DNA of 64,000 nucleotides from a virus, in the IMG/VR virus record IMGVR_UViG_3300042448_002155, positions 32,001-96,000 of that record; one strand, 5' to 3'. This document shows, piece after piece, positions 49,352 through 57,792 of the stretch (its first letter is position 1; each line of letters opens with the position of its first letter). The notes below the pieces were generated by a model. It saw nothing but the letters and a program-made list of their open reading frames with translations, ran no database searches and was not told the origin of the DNA. The translations under genes and the position numbers were made by a program.

Positions 49352-50984
49352 CTATGCCTTTCTCATCATTAGTGTAAACGATAGTATACTCTGATTCTAG
49401 AGCATTTTCAACTAATGTGAGCCATGAATTATCAGATCTTCTAATATTTGGTGAAGTTTTTCTTCCTTGTTGATTTGCTGGTCGGATAGTATTGCCAGAT
49501 CCTCTTTTGGTATTGGGAAGATTTCTTTGCCCTTTTGTGGCGGGCGTTTGCTTATCTCCATCCCGCTGAACATCTACGGCTTTTGTACCTGAGGTAATTT
49601 CAGCTTGATTCTTAGCCATTTCCATTTGGATCTTAGCTTGAATTGATGCGTAAAGATCTTCTTCGTCGTATTCTGGATCAAGGCCAAGTTCCAATCTAGC
49701 TTCCTTAAGGCCAATTATATTATTGGCATACTTTTGGATAACATGAGTTTCTTTCTTAACCTGAGTGTCTACGTCTATTTCGTTAAACTTGAAATAGCAA
49801 CGATCTGATATACCAGACTCTATAGGATTAGATATGGGATCAAATCCGCCCTCCATTAAAATTTCGTTAAAGATATGAACTCTGACCATATCAGAAAACA
49901 GCTTTTGATATTGCTTTACCTTATCGTACAGGGCAGTATCTAAGCGATCTGTCACTGATCTATTTCCGCCATTCATCATCATTCCCAAATGGTGCGGAGC
50001 GACTCCTAGTCCAACTGCTACTCTTTCTTTGAAGTGTTGCAGATATGCCGTTGCGTCCAGTGCTGCGTTGTTTGCCCCGATGACATCTATTGAATGACGA
50101 TAAGGAAGTATTAAGCCACCCTCTGCTCTAAGGTTTTCGATTTCTATGGCAGCCTTGTCTATTTCATCGGGCTCTGCTGGTTGGTCTGCGGTTCCTATTG
50201 TATATCTATACAGAGGGAATAGTTCTCTGTGAACTAAGTTTTGAATATCCTCTTCCATCTGTCTAAGTGCAACAACATCGTCAAGCACGGTCCCCATGAA
50301 GGGTGTCCCAAAAGCTCTACCAGTCTTCTTATCGGTGTGCATATGGATAACGCGGTCAGCTGACCAAACCGGATCACGCTCTGTTGGAGCGTACGTCAGA
50401 GGGTCCGAAGCCTGCTGATATGACCTAGGTCTATTGAACTTATCTCTCAATATTCTTACTTGTTCAGTGGGAATTAAATAGTATCCTACGACCGGAAGCT
50501 CCGCATTGACCCCTGATATTTCAGTGGGAAAGTACTCCGAAATATCTCCTCTAGCCTTGACTATGAAAACATTTCCATACTTGAAAAGGTGATCAGTAAC
50601 CTCTATCAGGAAGTCTAGAAATGGGCGCTTCATTGCCATTTCCATAAAATCTATTCTTTGATAAAGATAAGAAACTGCTTCTGGATTTTCGCCAACAATG
50701 TTCCAGCTTTCTTTCCAGAAGAGTTCCTTATGCTTATTCAACGCCTGCTTGACGTAAGAGTCAGTATCTGCCGCCTGCATAATCCGATCAAAGTCATACG
50801 GAGAAGGCTCAAATGTAGCCCTATTGTTATAATAAAATGTATTACCCTGAAAGCCGAGTGCCAAGGCAGCGACTTTCATAGCTCTGCCTACTGATTTAAT
50901 TTCATCAGGTTGCAATGCCTTAGCAATAACATTATTTTGTGATTTATCTCTTTGCCTAAAGGGCAAAAAATCAAAAGCTGCCAT
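49320..50984 (-). CDS. Portal protein
   Basis: LFKYGNVFIVK, VIHMHTDKKTGRAFGTP, VAVGLGVAPHHLG, YFKFNEID, EARLELG; probable ATG at 50984 with GGAG SD. Confidence 0.9.
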   Translation of the reverse strand: MAAFDFLPFRQRDKSQNNVIAKALQPDEIKSVGRAMKVAALALGFQGNTFYYNNRATFEPSPYDFDRIMQAADTDSYVKQALNKHKELFWKESWNIVGENPEAVSYLYQRIDFMEMAMKRPFLDFLIEVTDHLFKYGNVFIVKARGDISEYFPTEISGVNAELPVVGYYLIPTEQVRILRDKFNRPRSYQQASDPLTYAPTERDPVWSADRVIHMHTDKKTGRAFGTPFMGTVLDDVVALRQMEEDIQNLVHRELFPLYRYTIGTADQPAEPDEIDKAAIEIENLRAEGGLILPYRHSIDVIGANNAALDATAYLQHFKERVAVGLGVAPHHLGMMMNGGNRSVTDRLDTALYDKVKQYQKLFSDMVRVHIFNEILMEGGFDPISNPIESGISDRCYFKFNEIDVDTQVKKETHVIQKYANNIIGLKEARLELGLDPEYDEEDLYASIQAKIQMEMAKNQAEITSGTKAVDVQRDGDKQTPATKGQRNLPNTKRGSGNTIRPANQQGRKTSPNIRRSDNSWLTLVENALESEYTIVYTNDEKGIDDVREDNNKE

Positions 50985-51008
50985 CTTCTTCTCCACTTTA
51001 AAAACTAC

Positions 51009-51026
51009 TAGTAATAGTAGTTATAA
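51009..51026 (-). promoter_or_regulatory. Putative late promoter TTATAA-N6-TTACTA upstream of portal
   Basis: Recurrent motif in the intergenic region, with a shorter spacer. Confidence 0.45.
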
Positions 51027-51043
51027 TGACTTTTTTATATCAG

Positions 51044-51247
51044 TTACTCAGATGGAGTCTGATTAACCTTATCAAAGGCGTTTTTTAAGATTAATGTCTT
51101 AACTGATTCCATCCAAAAGACTGTTTCAGCTTCATTAAAATCGCTCTTGTATTGAAGGTTTGCGTTTGAAATTTTGATTTCAATAACAAATTCTTTATTT
51201 TCTACGGGTTGACTTGCTTCACTTATTTCAATTATTTCTTCTGACAT
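51044..51247 (-). CDS. Small hypothetical protein
   Basis: Probable start MSEEII at 51247 with GAGG SD. Confidence 0.6.
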   Translation of the reverse strand: MSEEIIEISEASQPVENKEFVIEIKISNANLQYKSDFNEAETVFWMESVKTLILKNAFDKVNQTPSE

Positions 51248-51257
51248 TTTATTTACC

Positions 51258-51440
51258 TCACTCAAAATCATCTGTTTTTGTTTTTGTTGTTTTTACTGTT
51301 TTTTGCTGTGCTGTCAATTGTTCAATCTGAGCGGTCAGCTGTTTAATTGTAGCTTCTTTGATTATAATTTCTGTCATCATTTGAGCCATTCTTTCATTAA
51401 AAGTTTGAACTAATATATTTACATCAATATCATTATTCAT
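51258..51440 (-). CDS. Small coiled-coil protein (possible fibre chaperone)
   Basis: 60 aa with heptads IKQLTAQIEQL; AAGGAG SD; follows the tail spike gene. Confidence 0.6.
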   Translation of the reverse strand: MNNDIDVNILVQTFNERMAQMMTEIIIKEATIKQLTAQIEQLTAQQKTVKTTKTKTDDFE

Positions 51441-51464
51441 TTTTTTCTCCTTATGCGCACTTGC

Positions 51465-51494
51465 ATTATATCATAATATCTAATTATATCATAA
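51465..51494 (-). promoter_or_regulatory. Two tandem extended -10 elements (TTATGATATAAT, twice)
   Basis: 12-bp direct repeat at 51465-51476 and 51483-51494. Confidence 0.6.
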
Positions 51495-53438
51495 CATCTG
51501 ATTATTTTTCATTATCTTCAATATATCTTTGATTGCAGCAACACATACTGCAATCATAGCTGATTCTGACCAGTAGCTTGGAATCCATGATTCTAAATCT
51601 TTCATCTGTGCAATTTTATCCTCTTCAGTCATAGCGTCCGATGACACTGGTTCCCATACTGCTAGCTGAGCATCTACTTCAGCTACCTCTTCTGCGATAA
51701 ATCCGTAATCAGTAACGAATTCTCGCAGACTAGCTTTCAAATCGTCATCATCAGGCATTCTATTCCATTTAAATGTAGATGGTTTTAATTTATCAATTAT
51801 TGATAATGAGTTAGATATTTCATTAATATTATTTTTATATTTTCTTTTAGATGATGGATAGCCTAACCATGTATATCCGCTGTAATGAAGAAAAGATCTA
51901 ACCGTTGTTGAATTACTGGTGAGCGGAGTCCTGGCTATCACGTATGGATCAGAGGTGAAAAAGATTGGAACCTCTCCCCCTGCTGCGACTCCAAATTGGT
52001 TGGCATCTACTTGATAAAATCCCGTATCATCATCACCCGCAAAGCCAATAGCGGGCGATGCCTGACTGCCACCATTTACCCTTATGGTTGAACCAACCAT
52101 TATAATGTTATTGGAATTTAAAGCTGTGCCAGCTTTAAAGCCACTGGAATCTACCTCCCAATATATCACTCCATCATTGCCTCTAATCTTTCCGCTGTTT
52201 ACCTGGATAATTGCGCTAGCAGATCCAAACGTTAAAGTTGAGTTTAACGTTGTTGCCCCACTGACGGTTAAGCCACCGCTAATTGTTGTTGTACTTCCAA
52301 CGTTTAATGTACCAGCAATTGTAGTTGTGCTAGATGCTCCGCCTATGCCAATAGTTGTACCATTTACTGTTAAATTTCCAGAAACTGTTGTTGAGCTTGA
52401 AACGCTTAATGTACCAGTTACATAGGTTGTTCCAGCTAACACAGTTGTACCATTTACCCTAAGAAGCTCACTATGGGGAGCGAGACCAGCGTTAGTTCCG
52501 GAACCAATTGTAGTATTACCTGTTACACTTAATGCACCAGAAATAGTTCCCGTACCTGTTGCTGTAAAGTTACCTGTATTTGTAATTTTAAATTTTGCGC
52601 TTGCAAAAGCTCTATTTCCGATCCAGAAATTACCATCGGTATCAACCTGCAGAGAATCGTTATCTGTACCATCTCCACCACCTATGTCCAATGCCCCCTT
52701 GAAAGTTCCAGCCGTCGCTTCTACTGTTCCTCTTACAGTTATGTTATTAAATTCTGCTTGACCATCACCTCTAATCAACCAGCCAGTTGAACCAGATTGA
52801 TAATTAGAAGTTCTTATTACTGCCATATTAGCTGGAGGAGTATAAGAATATGCTGTTCCTGGTTGAGTTAATATTATTTCATGTGCGCCAATTGTTCCAG
52901 CAGTTATTTTTGCTGCCGTCAAAGAACCAATAAAATCTTCATCAATCAGTGGAGTATCGCCAGATGCAACTATAGATGTCCATCCGCTAATATTGCCAGC
53001 TGTATCAATTGTCCTTACTCTTCCATAATACTTAACGGGATTAGTTGTGGAAGAGGTACTTGTTGTTGTGCTGTTATCATCTACTGAAACGACAAAAACA
53101 TTTGTTTGAACATATCCAGTTCTATGAGGTGTTTCACCAGAAATAACCTGGTATTGTGCACTAATTAATTGTACTTGATCTTCTTTATATAATTCATATT
53201 CATATTTTGCCGTATCTTCATCAATGCTGTCTGTGTATTGAAATAACACATTAAGGAAAGATGCTGCGAGTACAAGTCCTGTTGGAGCTTCTGGAATTGT
53301 TGAATCTGTTGGAGTTCTAAATCTTACTGAATCTGTGTAGCCTGACAAAACATTAATGTCATTATTTTTTGCGCGAACAGTAACAATATACTCTTTATTT
53401 GGTTTTAAGTTTTCTATATTTTTAGATATAATACTCAT
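51489..53438 (-). CDS. Tail fibre/spike with FN3-like N-terminus and C-terminal peptidase S74 intramolecular chaperone
   Basis: NLKPNKEYIVTVRAKN (FN3); SLTAAKITAGTI; GWLIRGDGQAEFNNITVRG; PSSKRKYKNNI...LKPSTFKW...YGFIAEEV (S74). Confidence 0.8.
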   Translation of the reverse strand: MSIISKNIENLKPNKEYIVTVRAKNNDINVLSGYTDSVRFRTPTDSTIPEAPTGLVLAASFLNVLFQYTDSIDEDTAKYEYELYKEDQVQLISAQYQVISGETPHRTGYVQTNVFVVSVDDNSTTTSTSSTTNPVKYYGRVRTIDTAGNISGWTSIVASGDTPLIDEDFIGSLTAAKITAGTIGAHEIILTQPGTAYSYTPPANMAVIRTSNYQSGSTGWLIRGDGQAEFNNITVRGTVEATAGTFKGALDIGGGDGTDNDSLQVDTDGNFWIGNRAFASAKFKITNTGNFTATGTGTISGALSVTGNTTIGSGTNAGLAPHSELLRVNGTTVLAGTTYVTGTLSVSSSTTVSGNLTVNGTTIGIGGASSTTTIAGTLNVGSTTTISGGLTVSGATTLNSTLTFGSASAIIQVNSGKIRGNDGVIYWEVDSSGFKAGTALNSNNIIMVGSTIRVNGGSQASPAIGFAGDDDTGFYQVDANQFGVAAGGEVPIFFTSDPYVIARTPLTSNSTTVRSFLHYSGYTWLGYPSSKRKYKNNINEISNSLSIIDKLKPSTFKWNRMPDDDDLKASLREFVTDYGFIAEEVAEVDAQLAVWEPVSSDAMTEEDKIAQMKDLESWIPSYWSESAMIAVCVAAIKDILKIMKNNQML

Positions 53439-53971
53439 TATCTTATGCCACCTATCAGCGTAAATGTATTATTAGATTGATTAACTAGTTCATTTCCAAT
53501 TTGTAAATATAGATTATAACTAAATGAGTAAGAAGTTATTTTAATATTATTTCCATTAGATAAAACATTTTTATCATATAATGTTTCTATTTCGACAAAA
53601 TAATCTCTTTCTTCAAAATCTGTCTTTGCAAAAAGCTGTTGATTATCAGAGTAAGTTCTAGCAAATGAATCAATTGTTTGCCAATCTAAAGCTAAAGAAT
53701 TATTCGTATTTACATTATCGGAAAGTGCCGTAAATTTAATTCTAAATTTTCCATAATTAGGACCCTTACCTCCGTATAATGTAAACTTTGGGCCAGTAAA
53801 ATTCATATATAGCTTAGATGCTGGTTTTGTAGATAACCCATTATTCCAATCTGTCATTGGATTAATAAATGAAAAATTATATGATGAATCTGAATTTAGA
53901 TCAACTAAATATTGATCAGTATTTACATTGGAATAAAATTCATAATATGGATTGGTATATAATATTGTCAT
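53438..53971 (-). CDS. Hypothetical beta-sandwich structural protein
   Basis: FTGPKFTLYGGKGPNYGKFRI...IDSF resembles a carbohydrate-binding-like sandwich. Confidence 0.55.
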   Translation of the reverse strand: MTILYTNPYYEFYSNVNTDQYLVDLNSDSSYNFSFINPMTDWNNGLSTKPASKLYMNFTGPKFTLYGGKGPNYGKFRIKFTALSDNVNTNNSLALDWQTIDSFARTYSDNQQLFAKTDFEERDYFVEIETLYDKNVLSNGNNIKITSYSFSYNLYLQIGNELVNQSNNTFTLIGGIR

Positions 53972-53991
53972 AAGAATCCCTTAATCAAATC

Positions 53992-54309
53992 CTAAGATTC
54001 AGTTTCTTCTTCTTCAACTATGTCCCATTGACATGTTGTTTCGTTCAAAACCCATTCGTGTTCTTCGGGCTTAGGTGGGATGAAGGCATCCCGAGTTTCG
54101 TCGTAAGTGTATCCAATACCAGCGTAGTTAAATCTTACTGGTTCTTTACCTTGCGAGTGTTCTCCAGCAAAAGTATTGACAGATGTCTTAATCCAACGCC
54201 CACCAAGGTTGTCAATTAACCATTGATAGCCTTCGTCGGGTTCGTCATTATTACCTACTGTAATATTGATAACAATATTGTTTTCGTCTATTTGTGCCCA
54301 ATGACTCAT
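53992..54309 (-). CDS. Small phage protein of the type that accompanies Gly-rich fibre tips
   Basis: MSHWAQIDENNIV...WIKTS...RFNYAGIGYTYDETRDAFIPPKP...WVLNETTCQW; ATGA overlap with the upstream gene. Confidence 0.7.
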   Translation of the reverse strand: MSHWAQIDENNIVINITVGNNDEPDEGYQWLIDNLGGRWIKTSVNTFAGEHSQGKEPVRFNYAGIGYTYDETRDAFIPPKPEEHEWVLNETTCQWDIVEEEETES

Positions 54310-57300
54310 GTTAACCACCTTAAGAAAACTACTCCAGCCCTACCCTCAGATGCTGTGGCCCCACCGCTTCCGGTTCCTCCTCCACCAGAGCCTAAATTAG
54401 TGGATGTAGTTCCGGCCGTAGAGGCGCCTCCGCTTCCGCCTTGACCGACAGTAAATGTTGAGGCTATGGTTGGATTTAATGCTACTCCGCCCGCGCCACG
54501 AGTATTTAATGATGCGGCTTCACCACTGCCGCCAATTCCTGCACCTCCGCCACCAGCCCTAAAGATGCCACTGCCTGAAGCGCTGGCTCCAGCACCTCCC
54601 AAATAATGATTATTAGAAGAACCATTACCGCCACTAGCGCCCCAGGCCCCGGCCCCTCCTGGGGACCCACCACTAGGCCCTGAACTGCTGACTATGGTGG
54701 AACCTGAATAAACTATTGAAGTGGTACCACCACTACTGCCGCCGGTGCCAGCATAGGTAAAACCAGTATTACTACCAGAAACATATGTACCACGGCTTCC
54801 ACCGCCACCAATAGTAATTACGTAATCACCCGTGCTGCTACTTGTTCGTGTTCCAGATGTGTAGTTTCCACCCGCTCCTCCTCCACCGCCACCACGGTTA
54901 GCGAGACCAGTGTTATTACCTGCGCCTCCACCTCCTGAACCACCACTCAAAGCAAAATATTCAATATCTTTAGCGCCAGTTGAAATTGTAAAAGTACCGT
55001 TAGCAGTAAAGTACACACCTGTATATCCAGCACCAGCATCATATGAAGTGCCACCTGAGGTCGTAAAAGGAATCGCTATTGACCAAGTAAATTCTTTAGT
55101 GACATTACCCGCGGTATTTTCTGCCCTAACAGTAAATGTATAGGAAAAAGAAGAGCCATTAACAGGTGTTGTATACGTCCCAGTAATTGCTCCAGTAGAA
55201 GAATTAATACTGAATCCACTAGGTAGTGATCCCGCACTAATGCTATACGTTACTGCAGAATAAGAGGCATTGCTTGATACTCCATCGGAATAAGCGGTGT
55301 TGTATGTTGGAGTTGCTAATGTTTCGTCATTCCATGTTGGAGGAGTATTTACGTTAAGGCTAAAACTTTTACTTATACTACCAACCGTATTAGTTGCCGT
55401 TATAGTGAAAGTGCTGGCATCAGCCGATAGTGGGGTTCCGGTTACTGCTCCAGTAGAAGAATTCAGAGAAAGTCCGCTTGGCAAAGATCCAGACGTAATA
55501 GAAAACGTTACACTAGGGTATCCTATAGCCGTTACTCCATCGGAATATATTAAAGATAAATTTGCATCCGCTAAAGTTTCATCAACCCATGTTGGAGCCC
55601 TATTAATTGCGCCAGAAAATGATTGTGTGACAGATCCAGTTTCATTAGCTGCCTGAATAGTGAAGGAGTATGCTCCATAATATGTTGGAGTGCCAGTAAC
55701 CGCTACAGCACTTGCAGTAAAAGCCCTCACAGGACGCACGGAGTTCGTGCTCGGCTTGCTGTCCGGGTTCGGATTGGGTTCGTTGAAATGCTGGTACCAT
55801 GCGGCTGCAGTCGAGCGCTCAGTAGAACTCCAATAGAGAACAACCGTCGAAAAACCTGCGTTCAAAGCAACTCTGTTGACATACATTTGGGTTAGTTCGT
55901 CTTTTGATGGCAAAAACCAGTCAGAATAACCACCATAAGTTAACTCACTACAATACACGGCAGCCGATGTTGCTGCCACATTTCCTGATTGAGCAACAAT
56001 ATCAATAGTGTTTTGCGCACCCGTACCTATTGCAGTACCATCAGCGCCAGAAACTAATGCTGACTGGTTCGCCCCAGTAGACCAAGTTCTTTGAACTTCA
56101 ACGGCGACAGGTGCTACCTCAAAATATTTACCTGTGGAGTTCCCCACTGTAGAGGGAGTAATAAATATTTTTCCTCCACCAGGACCAGTATCACCAATAC
56201 TAAATGTCGGACTTAAAGAAGTCGGACTTAAAGAAAGCCCCGTTGGTAAAGTTCCAGAACTAATTGTATATGTTGGACTTCCCGTAGCGACTACTTCATC
56301 CGAATAAGCTGTATTGTAAGTGAATGTTGCCAGTGTATTATCCGTCCATGCAGGCGTTACATATAGGTCATCGGTGAATAGCTGAGTAACATTCCCGGCT
56401 GCATTTTCAGCCTTGACAGTAAAGGAATATGATCCAGCTGTTGTTGAAGTTCCAGTAATTGCACCAGTCGAAGAATTTAGAGTTATTCCAGATGGAAGTG
56501 CTCCGGCAGAAATAGAATATGTCACTGCGGGATAACCTGAAGCTGCAACTGCGTCACTATAAGCCTGCCCGTAAATCATATTTGCAATTGCTGAATCAGT
56601 CCACGCTGGAGCTGTGTATATCGTTCCGCTAAAAGCTTTTTCAATATAGCCCCAAGAGTTTGTTGCGCGAATTATAAAACTATAAGATCCGGTAGAACCA
56701 GTATTTCCAGTTATAGCACCAGTTGACGAGTTGAGCGATAAGCCAGTTGGAAGAGAGCCAGAATAGATAGAGTAAACTATGGTTGCTGTACCTGCCGCTG
56801 AAACGCCATCACTATATGCTACGCCTTGGGTAATGGCGCCGAGTGCTTGATCAGACCAAGATGGCGGAGATTGTACTGTGCCGGTAAATGATTGAGTTAT
56901 TGAACTAGATAAATTTTGTGCTTTAATCGTAAATGAATATGATCCACTAGATGTTGTCAAGCCGCTAAGTAGCCCAGTTGTTGCGTTCAATGTTATTCCA
57001 CCTGGTAAGGCTCCAGAAGAAATAGAATAAGTTGGACTAGGAACTCCGTATGCCAAAATAGAATCTGAGTAAGATGAGTTATAATTTATATTTGCTAACG
57101 TATTATCAATCCATGATGTTATTTCATTTATTACTCCAGAAAAGCTGGCTTCATTATAATATTTTCCATCATCGGTTGTTGCTCGAATCGAGAAAGAATA
57201 GTTACCAGTTTCACTGACCGTACCAGTTATCCGTCCAGTAGATGAATTAATCGAAAGCCCTGCTGGTAAAGCTCCAGAAGAAACAGAATATATAGTTCCA

Positions 57301-57791
57301 ACTGCGGAAATTAAATCATCATAAGTTCGGCCATATACAAATAAATCTAATTCGATTGATTTCCAAACCGGAGCTAGATTAACTTGATAATCATCTATTC
57401 CAGCATTATCTACTTCGTTTAATTTTCTTAAATTTGGCGTATTATAATAGACGGCGTATTGTCCAACTATTTCTTCTGCTGCCGTATGCAATTCATATGT
57501 TTTAAAATAAATATAGTCGCCTTCTATTACAGTTTGAACTGGATATGCATTGTCGCCCTTTTCATAAGTCACAATATATGATGCTTCATCTGTTTGATCT
57601 TCTAGAGAGGTATCTTTATATGTATTAATGTTGACATCTGATATATTAGCAAATATCCAAGTTCCAGAATTTATTGTATCCCTTGGCGTAAATCTACCTA
57701 TAAACCTCTTGCAATAGGGGTATGAGTAGACAGTGTTGGGTGTAGCCAAGTTTAAATTTTCAGTAGATTTAAAATATTTAAACCAAGCCAT
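54306..57791 (-). CDS. Adhesin/fibre: seven He_PIG-type Ig repeats, an inserted DUF1566 (C-type lectin fold) domain and a Gly-rich C-terminal domain
   Basis: Seven G.LP.G..(L/I)...TG..(T/S)G repeats; YSDWFLPSKDEL...YWSSTE...AW...VRPVRAF; GGGGGAGG tail. Confidence 0.85.
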   Translation of the reverse strand: MAWFKYFKSTENLNLATPNTVYSYPYCKRFIGRFTPRDTINSGTWIFANISDVNINTYKDTSLEDQTDEASYIVTYEKGDNAYPVQTVIEGDYIYFKTYELHTAAEEIVGQYAVYYNTPNLRKLNEVDNAGIDDYQVNLAPVWKSIELDLFVYGRTYDDLISAVGTIYSVSSGALPAGLSINSSTGRITGTVSETGNYSFSIRATTDDGKYYNEASFSGVINEITSWIDNTLANINYNSSYSDSILAYGVPSPTYSISSGALPGGITLNATTGLLSGLTTSSGSYSFTIKAQNLSSSITQSFTGTVQSPPSWSDQALGAITQGVAYSDGVSAAGTATIVYSIYSGSLPTGLSLNSSTGAITGNTGSTGSYSFIIRATNSWGYIEKAFSGTIYTAPAWTDSAIANMIYGQAYSDAVAASGYPAVTYSISAGALPSGITLNSSTGAITGTSTTAGSYSFTVKAENAAGNVTQLFTDDLYVTPAWTDNTLATFTYNTAYSDEVVATGSPTYTISSGTLPTGLSLSPTSLSPTFSIGDTGPGGGKIFITPSTVGNSTGKYFEVAPVAVEVQRTWSTGANQSALVSGADGTAIGTGAQNTIDIVAQSGNVAATSAAVYCSELTYGGYSDWFLPSKDELTQMYVNRVALNAGFSTVVLYWSSTERSTAAAWYQHFNEPNPNPDSKPSTNSVRPVRAFTASAVAVTGTPTYYGAYSFTIQAANETGSVTQSFSGAINRAPTWVDETLADANLSLIYSDGVTAIGYPSVTFSITSGSLPSGLSLNSSTGAVTGTPLSADASTFTITATNTVGSISKSFSLNVNTPPTWNDETLATPTYNTAYSDGVSSNASYSAVTYSISAGSLPSGFSINSSTGAITGTYTTPVNGSSFSYTFTVRAENTAGNVTKEFTWSIAIPFTTSGGTSYDAGAGYTGVYFTANGTFTISTGAKDIEYFALSGGSGGGGAGNNTGLANRGGGGGGAGGNYTSGTRTSSSTGDYVITIGGGGSRGTYVSGSNTGFTYAGTGGSSGGTTSIVYSGSTIVSSSGPSGGSPGGAGAWGASGGNGSSNNHYLGGAGASASGSGIFRAGGGGAGIGGSGEAASLNTRGAGGVALNPTIASTFTVGQGGSGGASTAGTTSTNLGSGGGGTGSGGATASEGRAGVVFLRWLT
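56206..56235. repeat. Perfect 15-bp tandem duplication (GTCGGACTTAAAGAA twice) at the edge of the DUF1566 insertion
   Basis: Read directly from sequence; encodes SLSPT-SLSPT. Confidence 0.95.
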
Positions 57792-57792
57792 G

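Noticed and set aside
55690-55718. DGR IMH/hairpin downstream of the putative VR
   Set aside because: Only a weak, imperfect stem; cannot be assigned without the template repeat
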